Shown here in pieces: positions 37,429 through 47,235 of a stretch of DNA of 64,000 nucleotides. Positions within the stretch are counted from its first letter, which is position 1. Each line of letters starts with the position of its first letter. The translations under genes and the position numbers were made by a program. Below the pieces are notes generated by a model. It did no database searches and was not told the origin of the DNA. It worked only from the letters and a program-made list of their open reading frames with translations. Source of the DNA: a virus; IMG/VR virus record IMGVR_UViG_3300043177_000268, positions 59,478-123,477 of that record; one strand, given 5' to 3'.

Positions 37429-38297
37429 ATATACTCCCACGTCGGAAATATCTCTCTCACCATTTTAATAAGCGTGCCATGATTATTATATGATAAATAA
37501 TTATTGTGATTTATATTGCATATTAGATGCTTAACGTATTCGCTTCCGCCGTACCAATGAATGCCTATTGAATATTTACCCAAATACATGGTACCATCTA
37601 TATCATATAAATATTCTTTGTGATTGTGATCAATAGCGTATACTGTTTCTTTATGAAATGAGTGTGCGCGGCCGTATTTTTTATTTATCAATCCAAGATT
37701 ATATTTAGAATTAAGCAGCCCGGCGCCTAGAACTTCATAATCATTATTACCTATCTTGCTTAGGGCATCTCTATATATATCTCTATATAGAACATTGTCT
37801 TTTGAAGACATTAAAAATCCTACTGCATGTCCCAATATCTCATCAGCGGCGGAATCTTGTCCGTAATAAAAAAATGTATCTATACAATTGTCATATTCTA
37901 TTTTATTACACAGCATCTCTTCTATTGGTCTAATATATAAAATATCCATATCTGACCACACACCTCCATAAGTATGCAGAAGATAATATCTTATTATATC
38001 AGACTTATGCACTTCGTTTATTGAATTTGATATGCCTATCGATTCACAATTGAATATTCTTATATCAACTCCGCAACTATGCAACTGCGGAGTGTAGTCT
38101 ATTATATCGTTATTATTCTCATATTGTTTGTTGCCCCAGGTTGTCTGAGAATTCAGACTGTGCGGAGTGTATACAACAATATTCCACTCTGGGTTTAACT
38201 TTTTAAATGATAATATCGATAGGAGTCTTAAAAATGACAGCCTGCGTGCACCCCAATAGAAATATATTGTTTTAGGTATTTGCGACAGCATCCACAT
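37425..38297 (-). CDS. GT32/DXD-type glycosyltransferase
   Basis: IPKTIYFYW, KSDIIRYYLLHTYGGVWSDMD. Confidence 0.85.
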   Translation of the reverse strand: MWMLSQIPKTIYFYWGARRLSFLRLLSILSFKKLNPEWNIVVYTPHSLNSQTTWGNKQYENNNDIIDYTPQLHSCGVDIRIFNCESIGISNSINEVHKSDIIRYYLLHTYGGVWSDMDILYIRPIEEMLCNKIEYDNCIDTFFYYGQDSAADEILGHAVGFLMSSKDNVLYRDIYRDALSKIGNNDYEVLGAGLLNSKYNLGLINKKYGRAHSFHKETVYAIDHNHKEYLYDIDGTMYLGKYSIGIHWYGGSEYVKHLICNINHNNYLSYNNHGTLIKMVREIFPTWEYI

Positions 38298-38298
38298 A

Positions 38299-39132
38299 TT
38301 ACACGCAACATAAATCTATAATAGTAGATAGCGCTGCATTTTTCGGAATGTTCCCGGGGCAACACCTCTCCTCATACGCAAGAGACAATTCGCTTCCACC
38401 ATACCAGTGACATCCTATAGAACGGCTCATATCTATGGGTTTTGATAAAAATAAATCTTTAATATTGGTAGGTAGTACCGGGTAAACCGAATATCTACTT
38501 ATATTGCAAAGCTTTACTTGTGGAAATTTATCAATGATATCCGATAATTTACGAAAGTATGTGTTTAACACTGTAGAGCCATGCGCCTGATATGCGCCCG
38601 CAGGAGCCTGCCTTGCCAATTGAAAGCAATTATTGAAAAACTCATTATTACCAGATGAAAATAAAAATCCTATCGCATGCGCGCTTAATTCGGGATATAT
38701 ATGTATGCCAGTATTAGATGTGTGAGCCAATGGGTTTTCAATTACAATATTATCAATGCTATTGGTATATACAATGTCCATATCAGACCACACTCCGCCA
38801 TCCTCGGCGAGGAGCTTCCATCTAAGTAGGTCGGATTTGTGCACCTCATGCATTTCATTGTCTATTCCATAATCTTCAAAATCATGTTCTATCACATTTG
38901 ATACCGCACTGAGCGCTCGATCATAAAAGTTCTCGCGTATGAGTGGGGGGCGACTCTGTTCACCGGTTTTCCATGAAATATTGTTTCTGCTGGGGAATCT
39001 TGGAACATGTAAGTTTATTTCCCAGTTAGAATTAAACTTTTTCAAAGAATGTATTGTCAAATATCTAAGGTAAGACATTTGTCTTGATGCAGATCCCCAA
39101 TATAAATGAATTTTTTTAGGTATAATATTCAA
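38299..39132 (-). CDS. GT32/DXD-type glycosyltransferase (paralog of 37425..38297)
   Basis: IPKKIHLYW, KSDLLRWKLLAEDGGVWSDMD. Confidence 0.85.
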   Translation of the reverse strand: MNIIPKKIHLYWGSASRQMSYLRYLTIHSLKKFNSNWEINLHVPRFPSRNNISWKTGEQSRPPLIRENFYDRALSAVSNVIEHDFEDYGIDNEMHEVHKSDLLRWKLLAEDGGVWSDMDIVYTNSIDNIVIENPLAHTSNTGIHIYPELSAHAIGFLFSSGNNEFFNNCFQLARQAPAGAYQAHGSTVLNTYFRKLSDIIDKFPQVKLCNISRYSVYPVLPTNIKDLFLSKPIDMSRSIGCHWYGGSELSLAYEERCCPGNIPKNAALSTIIDLCCV

Positions 39133-39719
39133 GGAGCACCGTCGCTTCTAGAAGAAAACGATATGTTGAAATCATAATAATATAATATACGTTCAATTCT
39201 ATGTTGACTTTTACAAGCATTGCTGGCCATTACCGCCCACTCAATATCTTCGCCATAATTTTTAGATGGAAACTTTATATCTTTAACGACATCTCGTTTA
39301 AAAATCATATTGTGGGATGGTTTGCCAGTCCAAAAACCGCGGCCCGTATCATTTTCATTATACTCTAACTCGATACCGTATTTACAGTGTATTCTCTTAC
39401 CAGAATGTACATGTGTGCAAATAATATCATACACTATCACATCCGCGCCATTAGCATCGTCTATCGCTAGAAGCGCCTGCTCTATAAAATCTCCAACAAC
39501 CCAATCATCATCATCCAGAAATACGATATATGATCCGGTAGCGGCGGCCAAGAGCGCATTTCTTTTATCGCCTATAGATAGAGACTTGTTGTCGTATAGG
39601 CATATGAGTTCAACACTATCTCTTCCATCAGCCTGTAACTCAAGGTAGTCCAACATCCTAGACATGAACGTTCTACGGCGAGCTGGTATAGATGGTATTA
39701 AAATTGACAATTTCTTCAT
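39129..39719 (-). CDS. GT2 glycosyltransferase
   Basis: LSILIPS, KRNALL...GSYIVFLDDDD, GEDIEW. Confidence 0.82.
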   Translation of the reverse strand: MKKLSILIPSIPARRRTFMSRMLDYLELQADGRDSVELICLYDNKSLSIGDKRNALLAAATGSYIVFLDDDDWVVGDFIEQALLAIDDANGADVIVYDIICTHVHSGKRIHCKYGIELEYNENDTGRGFWTGKPSHNMIFKRDVVKDIKFPSKNYGEDIEWAVMASNACKSQHRIERILYYYDFNISFSSRSDGAP

Positions 39720-40786
39720 ATATTCTCAGATATAGCTTCAATTATATGATCTGACGTGCGGCCGTCACCAAGCCATTTCACCTTGCCTTTAAATCCTCTG
39801 CCATGAGAGTCGAGCCAAGTTACAGCCCTATTCGCCTGCTTTAAATAATCATCTCTTTCTATATAAATCATCATGCTGCAATTATTGTCTACAGACTCTG
39901 GTCTTTCGGTGAAATCACGCGGAACCAGTACCGGTATTCCTAGCAGAGCAGATTCTTCTTGCGCACTGCCAGAATCTGAATATACAAATAGACTTTCTTG
40001 TTGAGCACGAATAAAATCTTTATATCCCATCAAATCTATAAATTCAATCCCATGCATATTAATTGCATTTAGATCTATGACAGACTTAGTTCTGGAAAAA
40101 CTAAGCATCTTAACAGGCAAACTGTAATGTTTGCCTAACACTGCTGCTGTCTCCAATATTCTTGTAAGCCTAACTGCATGCTTGAAATTCTCCGGGCGAT
40201 GAATGTCTAAGATTATATGTTTTGGGCTTGGTTTATATGACAGATCGGCTATATTAAGAAGGGGTTCTACTATGGTATTGCCAACCACATATATCGAGTC
40301 TTTTGCTATACCCTCCTTCATTGCCTTTTTCTTATAATTATTGTGATAAACGAACAGCATATCTGAAACATGGTCGCAAGCCACGCGATTAGTTTCTTCA
40401 AGCATGACTTTGTGGTAAGAGCGCATTCCGGCTTCAATATGGGCTATTTTAAACCCCTCTTTATGAATTGGAATGGATGCCAGCACTGAATTGGAGTCTC
40501 CGAGGAATACTACCAGATCTGGCCTCAATTCAAGACACAGCTTAGTTGCTTTAACTGACAAATCAGCCACCTGCTCGTAATGGGGGCGGCCTGGGCTACC
40601 GGCTGACAGATTGAAGTCGGGCTCTCTGATATTCAAATCTTTAAAAAAGACATCTGAAAGTTTTGGATCATAGTGCTGACCGGTGTGTACAAGTATGTGA
40701 TTAAATCCGGCATCCAACTTGCGGAAAACTTCGGACATGCGGATAAAATCTGGCCGTATCCCAGTTATTGTCATCACGGTTTTCAC
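39716..40786 (-). CDS. wecB: non-hydrolysing UDP-GlcNAc 2-epimerase
   Basis: GIRPDFIRM, HTGQHYD, HIEAGMRS, SDSGSAQEE. Start moved to GTG 40786. Confidence 0.92.
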   Translation of the reverse strand: MKTVMTITGIRPDFIRMSEVFRKLDAGFNHILVHTGQHYDPKLSDVFFKDLNIREPDFNLSAGSPGRPHYEQVADLSVKATKLCLELRPDLVVFLGDSNSVLASIPIHKEGFKIAHIEAGMRSYHKVMLEETNRVACDHVSDMLFVYHNNYKKKAMKEGIAKDSIYVVGNTIVEPLLNIADLSYKPSPKHIILDIHRPENFKHAVRLTRILETAAVLGKHYSLPVKMLSFSRTKSVIDLNAINMHGIEFIDLMGYKDFIRAQQESLFVYSDSGSAQEESALLGIPVLVPRDFTERPESVDNNCSMMIYIERDDYLKQANRAVTWLDSHGRGFKGKVKWLGDGRTSDHIIEAISENI

Positions 40787-41619
40787 TAGAACTCCTCTTT
40801 GATTGCAGATGCGCTGCCCCAGTCCCAACCAATATTTGCAACCGTAGCCCTTTCCTTAAGAGATAACCAAAGCGTCTGATTTGCATTGACTAGGTTTTCC
40901 TGGTAGCCCCGAGAGTGGCTGAGGTGGATGCCTGCTACCTGATCATTGAAAATAATTTGTATGCCATTACTGACGCAACAATGTGCAAAGAAATTGTCTT
41001 CATATGCAATCGAGCGCATAAATCCCTCTTCTACCCCGCCTATTTCAAAATAATCAGATTTTCTAATAAATCCAAGGAAATAATTCTCATACTTCCATGG
41101 TCTTGATGGCACATCATCACGACACATGGCTCCATTACCAGGAACTCGGCATAGATCTTTTATTTTCTCGGTAGAAATCCCCCCAACCAATGTGCCAATC
41201 GCTGATACCGGCTTTTCATCAATCCAGCCCAAAACAAAGTGTTTTTCTTTGTTTTTGAATAAACGATTTACTACCTCCACATTCGTGCGTGAATTTATTA
41301 CCTCAGGACTTGTAAGACATAGAATATCTCCAGATGCCATGCGGGCGCCTATATTCTGCGCCAATGCTGGGTTATAGGCGCCCCCATATTGCGATGGTGG
41401 GTGAGCCAGCGGGTGCGCTGCGGGGTCAATAAACAACAACCGCACCCTCATTCCGCGCGCACGGCAGGCCCGTACAAGCTGCCGCAGAGGCTCGGTGTCG
41501 CCAAATGAATTATCTACTATAATAACCTCGAAATCTTTAGAGGATTGGGCTTCGAGCGTTTGCATGTTGGCCCTTAGCAACTCAACGCGATTTCTATGAG
41601 GAATTATATAACTAATCAT
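40786..41619 (-). CDS. GT2/GT7-like glycosyltransferase
   Basis: IIPHRNR, VIIVDN, IGGVEEGF...YEDN. Confidence 0.78.
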   Translation of the reverse strand: MISYIIPHRNRVELLRANMQTLEAQSSKDFEVIIVDNSFGDTEPLRQLVRACRARGMRVRLLFIDPAAHPLAHPPSQYGGAYNPALAQNIGARMASGDILCLTSPEVINSRTNVEVVNRLFKNKEKHFVLGWIDEKPVSAIGTLVGGISTEKIKDLCRVPGNGAMCRDDVPSRPWKYENYFLGFIRKSDYFEIGGVEEGFMRSIAYEDNFFAHCCVSNGIQIIFNDQVAGIHLSHSRGYQENLVNANQTLWLSLKERATVANIGWDWGSASAIKEEF

Positions 41620-42296
41620 AATTTATATGCGAATGCTTCACAGATACCAGACTGATTCCATTTGTTGTGGATATACATGCTGTCGTGCATTGCAGGTCTA
41701 TAATGCGTTCCGCCTTCGCGGCCTATATGATAACTACGAGATAGTGTTGGTGTTAAATTTGGGAGATTCTGTGCGGTCTGAAATGCCGTCATGCTCCAAT
41801 CCCAGCCTCTCTTATCAACGTGATAATTTGGTGCAAAGTAATTGTCCCACTGTGACTTGGTGGCTACAAAACTTAGGGCGTTAAAGCCCATTTTGGATAT
41901 CACCACGCCGTCCTCGCCAGTACTATCTGGATTATACAAGTTTAAACATAAATATTTATTTTTATCTTCAAGTGATAGATATGAGTCTATGAGCTTAGTG
42001 GCATCTGGAGACACCACCACATCATCTTCAAGCTGCCAAACCACATCTGCGCCCCAGTCAAACGCACGCTTTATGGTAGCAAATGGGTTTTCTTTGACCC
42101 CAAGTATTTTTGGATTCACAACCATATTCGTAGGAACAAAGTCTATATCCCTACATATTTTAATCACTTCTGCGGAGACGGGCTCTACTCCAATAAACAG
42201 AGTATAATCACTTATATCGTTCTTCTTTACAGATTCAAGGACCTGACATAGGTATGCTGGGCGCTTGAAGGCAGTTATTGCCATAGCTTTCTTCAT
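41616..42296 (-). CDS. GT-A fold glycosyltransferase
   Basis: AFKRPAYL, LEDD, GWD, HIGREGG. Confidence 0.7.
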   Translation of the reverse strand: MKKAMAITAFKRPAYLCQVLESVKKNDISDYTLFIGVEPVSAEVIKICRDIDFVPTNMVVNPKILGVKENPFATIKRAFDWGADVVWQLEDDVVVSPDATKLIDSYLSLEDKNKYLCLNLYNPDSTGEDGVVISKMGFNALSFVATKSQWDNYFAPNYHVDKRGWDWSMTAFQTAQNLPNLTPTLSRSYHIGREGGTHYRPAMHDSMYIHNKWNQSGICEAFAYKL

Positions 42297-43406
42297 ACGA
42301 CCTCTTTTATGGCTTTTAGCATTTTAGCGCCAATATTAGACCATGAGTATTTATCCAACCAATCCTGACTGGGCTGCGCGCGCTCACGGGCAACATTCTT
42401 GTCTTGGAAAACAGATCTCATTAGAATACGGAGATGATCTATGCTGGGCTCTGCCCATTGACCCCTATCCGTATATAGCGGCGAGTCCATACCACGAACC
42501 CGAGTTAGGGTGTAATCTATCAGATTTGAATTATCATAAGACATAAATTATAAATTTCCAGAGTAACCGGTAGCAATTACTGGGGTGCCAACCGCCATCG
42601 CCTCTTGTATAGAATATCCCCATCCCTCAGCACGGTGCGGGGAAACCAAACAATCCCCGCGTCGATGAAGCTCCCAAACCTCATCTCTAGACATCATTTT
42701 ATGAAGAAGTACAATCTGCGGATGCGGTCCAACAGAGACTGAATTTTTAATAGATAATATTTGCTGGCGTACCCAATCGCGATCATTAGAAGTTCCATCT
42801 AGCTTATATGTTTTAAGTACTAGAGCAACATCGTCCCGACCAGCAAATTAAGTTAAAAATGCCATTATAAGAGTCTGTGGATTTTTTCTTTCATTCCATT
42901 GAAATATGGAATAAAATATAAATTTATTTTCTGGTAAACATAGACTCTTATCCAGACGCCCGCCATGAATTTCTGATGGATCAAGAGTGTGCTCTATCTT
43001 CTTAACCGGTACTTGAACGCCGCACTGTTTAAATATATCAACATTCCACTCAGATGGAACCCATATCGCATCCATCTTATTGCATTTTTCAACCCAGCCA
43101 TCAGGCAAGTGTGTAGTTTCCCATACAGTATAACCTATATTAGGAATGCCTTTAACAATAAAGCGGTCCCATAAATTTGGAACCATATGAACTATATTTA
43201 ATTGTGGCGCTATTTTTTTTATCAAAATGATTTTTAAGACTATTGTAGAATTTTGACTGATCTGTATTTATGGGCTCAAAATTTACCGACTTAATAGAGA
43301 AATCTATGTCGGCCCGCTGTGTCGCGAGAGCGGACAAATAACCTCTAGATGCCTGAGAATACCCGGGAACTCCCAACGCGGCACATGAAAATTGCAGTCG
43401 TATCAT
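42293..43406 (-). pseudogene. disrupted GT4 glycosyltransferase (paralog of 44380..45504)
   Basis: +1 frameshift at an A8 run (T8 at 43213-43220) and in-frame TAA codons at 42848-42850 and 42548-42550. The joined product aligns along its length with the intact paralog. Confidence 0.88.
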
Positions 43407-44395
43407 CCAGACCTCGGTAGAGAAAGATCGTATTCAAACATCTCTTTCAGGAGAGACTGCCATGTGTACTCAGGACTCCAGCCAATGTCACGAATCTTTG
43501 AAGAATCACCTTTCAAAAATGGAACATCGCTAGGTCGCATAAATCGCTCATCAGCTTGATATACCTCTGCTGGATTAAGGTGGGCCAGGGAGCATACGTA
43601 TTCCAGCATCTGTCTAATAGTCGCCCCATCTCCTGTAGCAACAACATAATCATCGGGCATGGTTTGCTGTAACATCAGATGCATAGCTCTCACAAAATCT
43701 TTGCTGTGTCCCTCATCCCTGAAGGCTTCTAGATTTCCCATTAATATTTTCTTTGAGCGGCCAGTTACAATATCTGCCACACCTCTTGTTATTTTACGCG
43801 TAGCAAAATCAATTCCTCTACGTGTAGAGGAATGATTAAATAGGATTCCGCTACTGGCGTGCAATCCATATGCTTCACGATAATTTTTTGTGGCATGAAA
43901 TGCAGCGAGCTTGGCTATAGCATATGGGCTACGCGGATTCAGTGGTGAAGATTCGTCAAAGCCAGCAGGTGGGCAGTTGAGGCCGCCAAACATCTCTGAT
44001 GTTGACGCATTGTAAAATCTGGTATTTGGAGAAAAATGTCGTATCGCCTCTAATTGAATTATGACGGCTTCTGCATTTACTCTGAATGTTTCTATTGGTA
44101 TTTTAAAAGAATATCCAACATGGCTTTGTGCTGCCAGTCCGTAGACTTCGTCCGGCTGCACATCTTTAAAGAGGGAGTTGATGAATCCTGCGTCGCAAAT
44201 ATCTCCCTCTAAGAGGCGGAGATTGGGGTGTCCATAGGCATCACCGAGGTTGCTGAAATCGTTGCCCGAACTAACTCTTTTATATAGTCCGGTTACCTGA
44301 TAGTCTAGTGATAGCAGATACTCAGCTAGAAAGCTCCCGTCCTGGCCGAGCACTCCTGTGATTATAGCTTTTTTCACTTTCACTTCTCCTTCCAT
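43403..44395 (-). CDS. gmd: GDP-mannose 4,6-dehydratase
   Basis: ITGVLGQDGSFLAE, AAQSHV, ASTSEMFG, PRSPYAIAK, GILFNH, KITR. Confidence 0.95.
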   Translation of the reverse strand: MEGEVKVKKAIITGVLGQDGSFLAEYLLSLDYQVTGLYKRVSSGNDFSNLGDAYGHPNLRLLEGDICDAGFINSLFKDVQPDEVYGLAAQSHVGYSFKIPIETFRVNAEAVIIQLEAIRHFSPNTRFYNASTSEMFGGLNCPPAGFDESSPLNPRSPYAIAKLAAFHATKNYREAYGLHASSGILFNHSSTRRGIDFATRKITRGVADIVTGRSKKILMGNLEAFRDEGHSKDFVRAMHLMLQQTMPDDYVVATGDGATIRQMLEYVCSLAHLNPAEVYQADERFMRPSDVPFLKGDSSKIRDIGWSPEYTWQSLLKEMFEYDLSLPRSG

Positions 44396-45504
44396 GACTT
44401 ATACAGCGCTTCCAGGGTATTTTTCAGAGCAGCAAGCTGCTTGTCCCAATTCAGTCGCCGCAGTAGATCTCCTCTGGCCGCGGCTGCCACTGCGCGAGCA
44501 TCATCCTGATTTTTGTAAACATACAGCATTCTGTCTGCTAGCTGATCTATATTGGGCTGTGCCCACCGCATATCGCCCGTATACCATCCGCCCAGATGCC
44601 TCATGTTAAATACAGGCTCGAGTTGATAGTCAATAAGATAGGAATTTTGATCTGTCATGAACTCTAGGTTTCCGGAATACCTGGTACCGATAGTTGGGTT
44701 GCCTATCATCATTGATTCAATATATGGTAGACCGAGCCCCTCTGCTCTAGTAGGTAATACAAAGCAGTCGTGAGAGACATGCAGGTCTGTAATCAGCTGA
44801 TCTGTGAGTTTTCCGTATTTCATAGTTATGAGCGGAGGGGAGCCTCCTTCAACAGAATCGCGGATAGCTAAAATTTCCTTGCGAAGAAAGTCCTCCTCCT
44901 CTTTTGAGTAGTTTTTTAGATATGTCTTTAGCGTCAGCGATACATTGCTATTGCCCGCAAAAGCTGCTGTAAATGCTCTAATCAGTGCTGCTGGATTTTT
45001 ACGTTCTGACCATTGAAAAATAGAGTAAAACTTGAAGTCTGGCTTCATGCCAATCCTTTGACGCTTGGCTGGATATAATTCCGGATCGATTCCCGGCACA
45101 GCAACCTCAACTGGTACGTTGACACCTGATGAAATAAATACTTCTTTGTTCCACTGACAAGGAACCAGGATGGCATCCATCTGGTTGCATTGCTGCACCC
45201 AGATTGGAGGTATCTTAGATGTCTCAAACATCGTAAAACCTATATTTAGAGCTCCTGGCTTTTTAAAGTTCTGATATACTTTTGGTATCATATTGATGAT
45301 ATTTATCTCAGGAGCTCTCACTCCTTTAGACAACATTGTGTTACATATATCCCCATATGTGCCATGAGAAGCGTGTACCTGCTCAAAGCTAATTGGCTCC
45401 AGAGTTACATCCCATCCGGCACGGTACATCGCCACCGCCCAATTTCTAGCAAATTGCGCATAACCCGAGGAGTCCCTAAATGCTCCTACAAAATTTATCT
45501 TCAT
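44380..45504 (-). CDS. GT4 glycosyltransferase
   Basis: FETSKIP, QWSERKN, LPTRAEGLGLPYIESM. Confidence 0.88.
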   Translation of the reverse strand: MKINFVGAFRDSSGYAQFARNWAVAMYRAGWDVTLEPISFEQVHASHGTYGDICNTMLSKGVRAPEINIINMIPKVYQNFKKPGALNIGFTMFETSKIPPIWVQQCNQMDAILVPCQWNKEVFISSGVNVPVEVAVPGIDPELYPAKRQRIGMKPDFKFYSIFQWSERKNPAALIRAFTAAFAGNSNVSLTLKTYLKNYSKEEEDFLRKEILAIRDSVEGGSPPLITMKYGKLTDQLITDLHVSHDCFVLPTRAEGLGLPYIESMMIGNPTIGTRYSGNLEFMTDQNSYLIDYQLEPVFNMRHLGGWYTGDMRWAQPNIDQLADRMLYVYKNQDDARAVAAAARGDLLRRLNWDKQLAALKNTLEALYKSWKEK

Positions 45505-46490
45505 TTCGCCGCCTCAATAATCTTGTGTGATGGCGCCGTTTTCTTAATAGCCTTCTTGGGCAAAATCAGCGCCGTAGCGGCCATCGCCAGAAGCCCAAAA
45601 AGTACGCCTCCGCTGCCGCTCGATTGCAGTTCGGTTTGTTCTTGAGGTAATTCCTCTATCTCGGAAGCTGGCTCGGCTGCAGTCGCATCAGATAGGGCAG
45701 AGTGTAGCCATGCCTCAATTGCACTGGACAGCATTGCTGCAGACTTCTCATAGGTAGCCATGGTAGTCTTGGATATCTCCTCTAGCCCGGCAATGTAGAC
45801 ATCGATTGATGGCAAATCGCGCACTTTGAATATCCGAAGGATGTTCCGTGCCGACAGTCCCCCAAGCATCATTAGAGTCTGCACGCGACCCGAGCATACT
45901 GATTGCGGTTCTATACGTATCAATTCAGCATACACGTCATACTCCATTGTTCCAATGGCACCTATGCAATCCCCCGCCTTATTGAAGCAGTATATTTCAC
46001 CATTTTTAGTGAATGAAATAAGTGGTCCCATCTGTTTCCATGCATCATATTCGCTCTCTGACAGCTTGATTCCGGAAAGATAATAAAGCCCCGTGTGCTG
46101 TGGCGATGTGTGCGAGACGGCTGGCCCATCAGTCCTATGTAGAACCCCATGTCTGTACCACAATTCCTGTCCATCCTCCCTTATTACTGCAGGCATGCCT
46201 TCCGCGTGTCTGACGTTATCTTTGAAGAGCGAGAGTACCGAAATCCCTCCATCATCGGATCTTGTAGGATAAAGACCTTGACTGGTGCACAGTAACCACT
46301 GCTGCTTGGTTAGATTTATACCGTTGATATAGTATGCTAGGCTGGTGGCATCGACCGACGCTGGGCCACTCAAGTTGTGGAGCTGATGCGTGGCTCGACT
46401 TCTTACTTCCCAGGCGGTTATCCCGCTTTGATCTTGTGAAGATGGGGTGGCATCAGCATCAATACTTACTAGTGGGCATGGTATAGCCAT
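45501..46490 (-). CDS. hypothetical protein with LHRxDGPA-type motif and C-terminal hydrophobic anchor
   Basis: WYRHGVLHRTDGPAV; GGVLFGLLAMAATALILPKK. Confidence 0.65.
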   Translation of the reverse strand: MAIPCPLVSIDADATPSSQDQSGITAWEVRSRATHQLHNLSGPASVDATSLAYYINGINLTKQQWLLCTSQGLYPTRSDDGGISVLSLFKDNVRHAEGMPAVIREDGQELWYRHGVLHRTDGPAVSHTSPQHTGLYYLSGIKLSESEYDAWKQMGPLISFTKNGEIYCFNKAGDCIGAIGTMEYDVYAELIRIEPQSVCSGRVQTLMMLGGLSARNILRIFKVRDLPSIDVYIAGLEEISKTTMATYEKSAAMLSSAIEAWLHSALSDATAAEPASEIEELPQEQTELQSSGSGGVLFGLLAMAATALILPKKAIKKTAPSHKIIEAAK

Positions 46491-46600
46491 AATTCCTCCT
46501 GCGCGGGTGCGTGTGTGATCAATGCTGTATCGACCGCCGTGGCGCTATAGACGCAACGCATAATTCACCTGCCAGTTAAAAATTAATTAACTTTTTGAGT

Positions 46601-46631
46601 AAAAGAAAAGGCCGCTATGGGCGGCTTTTCT
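46601..46631 (-). terminator. rho-independent terminator
   Basis: AAAAGCCGC-CCATA-GCGGCCTTTTCTTTT on the minus strand. Confidence 0.75.
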
Positions 46632-46740
46632 ACTTGAGAATCTTTCTGAGCTTTTCAGCGAGCCAAATGACTGCCTCCAGTATCTTGAGCAAGATAAGGC
46701 GCATTCTTACTAATTTATTCCAGTCATCTCTCCAACCCAT
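46630..46740 (-). CDS. small amphipathic peptide (36 aa)
   Basis: Below the track cutoff. MGWRDDWNKLVRMRLILLKILEAVIWLAEKLRKILK, GGAGA RBS, followed by a terminator. Confidence 0.55.
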   Translation of the reverse strand: MGWRDDWNKLVRMRLILLKILEAVIWLAEKLRKILK

Positions 46741-46742
46741 GA

Positions 46743-47183
46743 TTATCTCCATTTTTTGTAAACTAGCGCATCGCGCAGCTTCTTTAGACCCTTTTTATTT
46801 ATACTTGCTGTAGGTGTGCGACGTGAATTTTCTTTTCTCTGACAGAAGGTCCAGTCGTCTTTCGAGAGGAATGCTGCGTAAACGGCATCAATACTTACGC
46901 ACGCCGCTGTGTTACGTATACTATATTTAATCGCTAGTATCCACCCTTCTTCAACATTGTGCCCCTGCCAGGTTGAGTTTTTTGAGGCTTTAATCTCTAT
47001 ACCGCAAGATCCTTTGAGGATATAGTTGTCCGCATACACATCTCGCGGCAGAAGATCTGGATATCCTCCAACGCGAGTATTTTTAACTAAGTCAGGAGAT
47101 GCGCACTCCAGACTTGACACCATTAATTCGGAGACGATGCCTGAGAGGGCGTTTGGTGCGAGTACTTTGCAAAGTGATGGCAA
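46743..47183 (-). CDS. putative PD-(D/E)XK restriction-endonuclease-like protein
   Basis: YPDLL...GIEIKAS motif. Start uncertain: the frame is open to 47246 without an ATG. Confidence 0.5.
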   Translation of the reverse strand: MPSLCKVLAPNALSGIVSELMVSSLECASPDLVKNTRVGGYPDLLPRDVYADNYILKGSCGIEIKASKNSTWQGHNVEEGWILAIKYSIRNTAACVSIDAVYAAFLSKDDWTFCQRKENSRRTPTASINKKGLKKLRDALVYKKWR

Positions 47184-47235
47184 CCCATCAATCGCTGCAG
47201 CCTCATTAATCCTAAAAAATAGCGCTACACCTGCG

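Noticed and set aside
42548-42850. Genome-wide TAA-to-Glu recoding
   Set aside because: TAA ends many intact genes here (e.g. groEL, guaB, the 2338 gene), and the same gene also has a frameshift.
31660-45504. Host O-antigen/capsule locus implying a bacterial chromosome
   Set aside because: No flippase, polymerase, chain-length regulator or initiating transferase is visible, and the flanks are phage-like. Kept only as an alternative to test.
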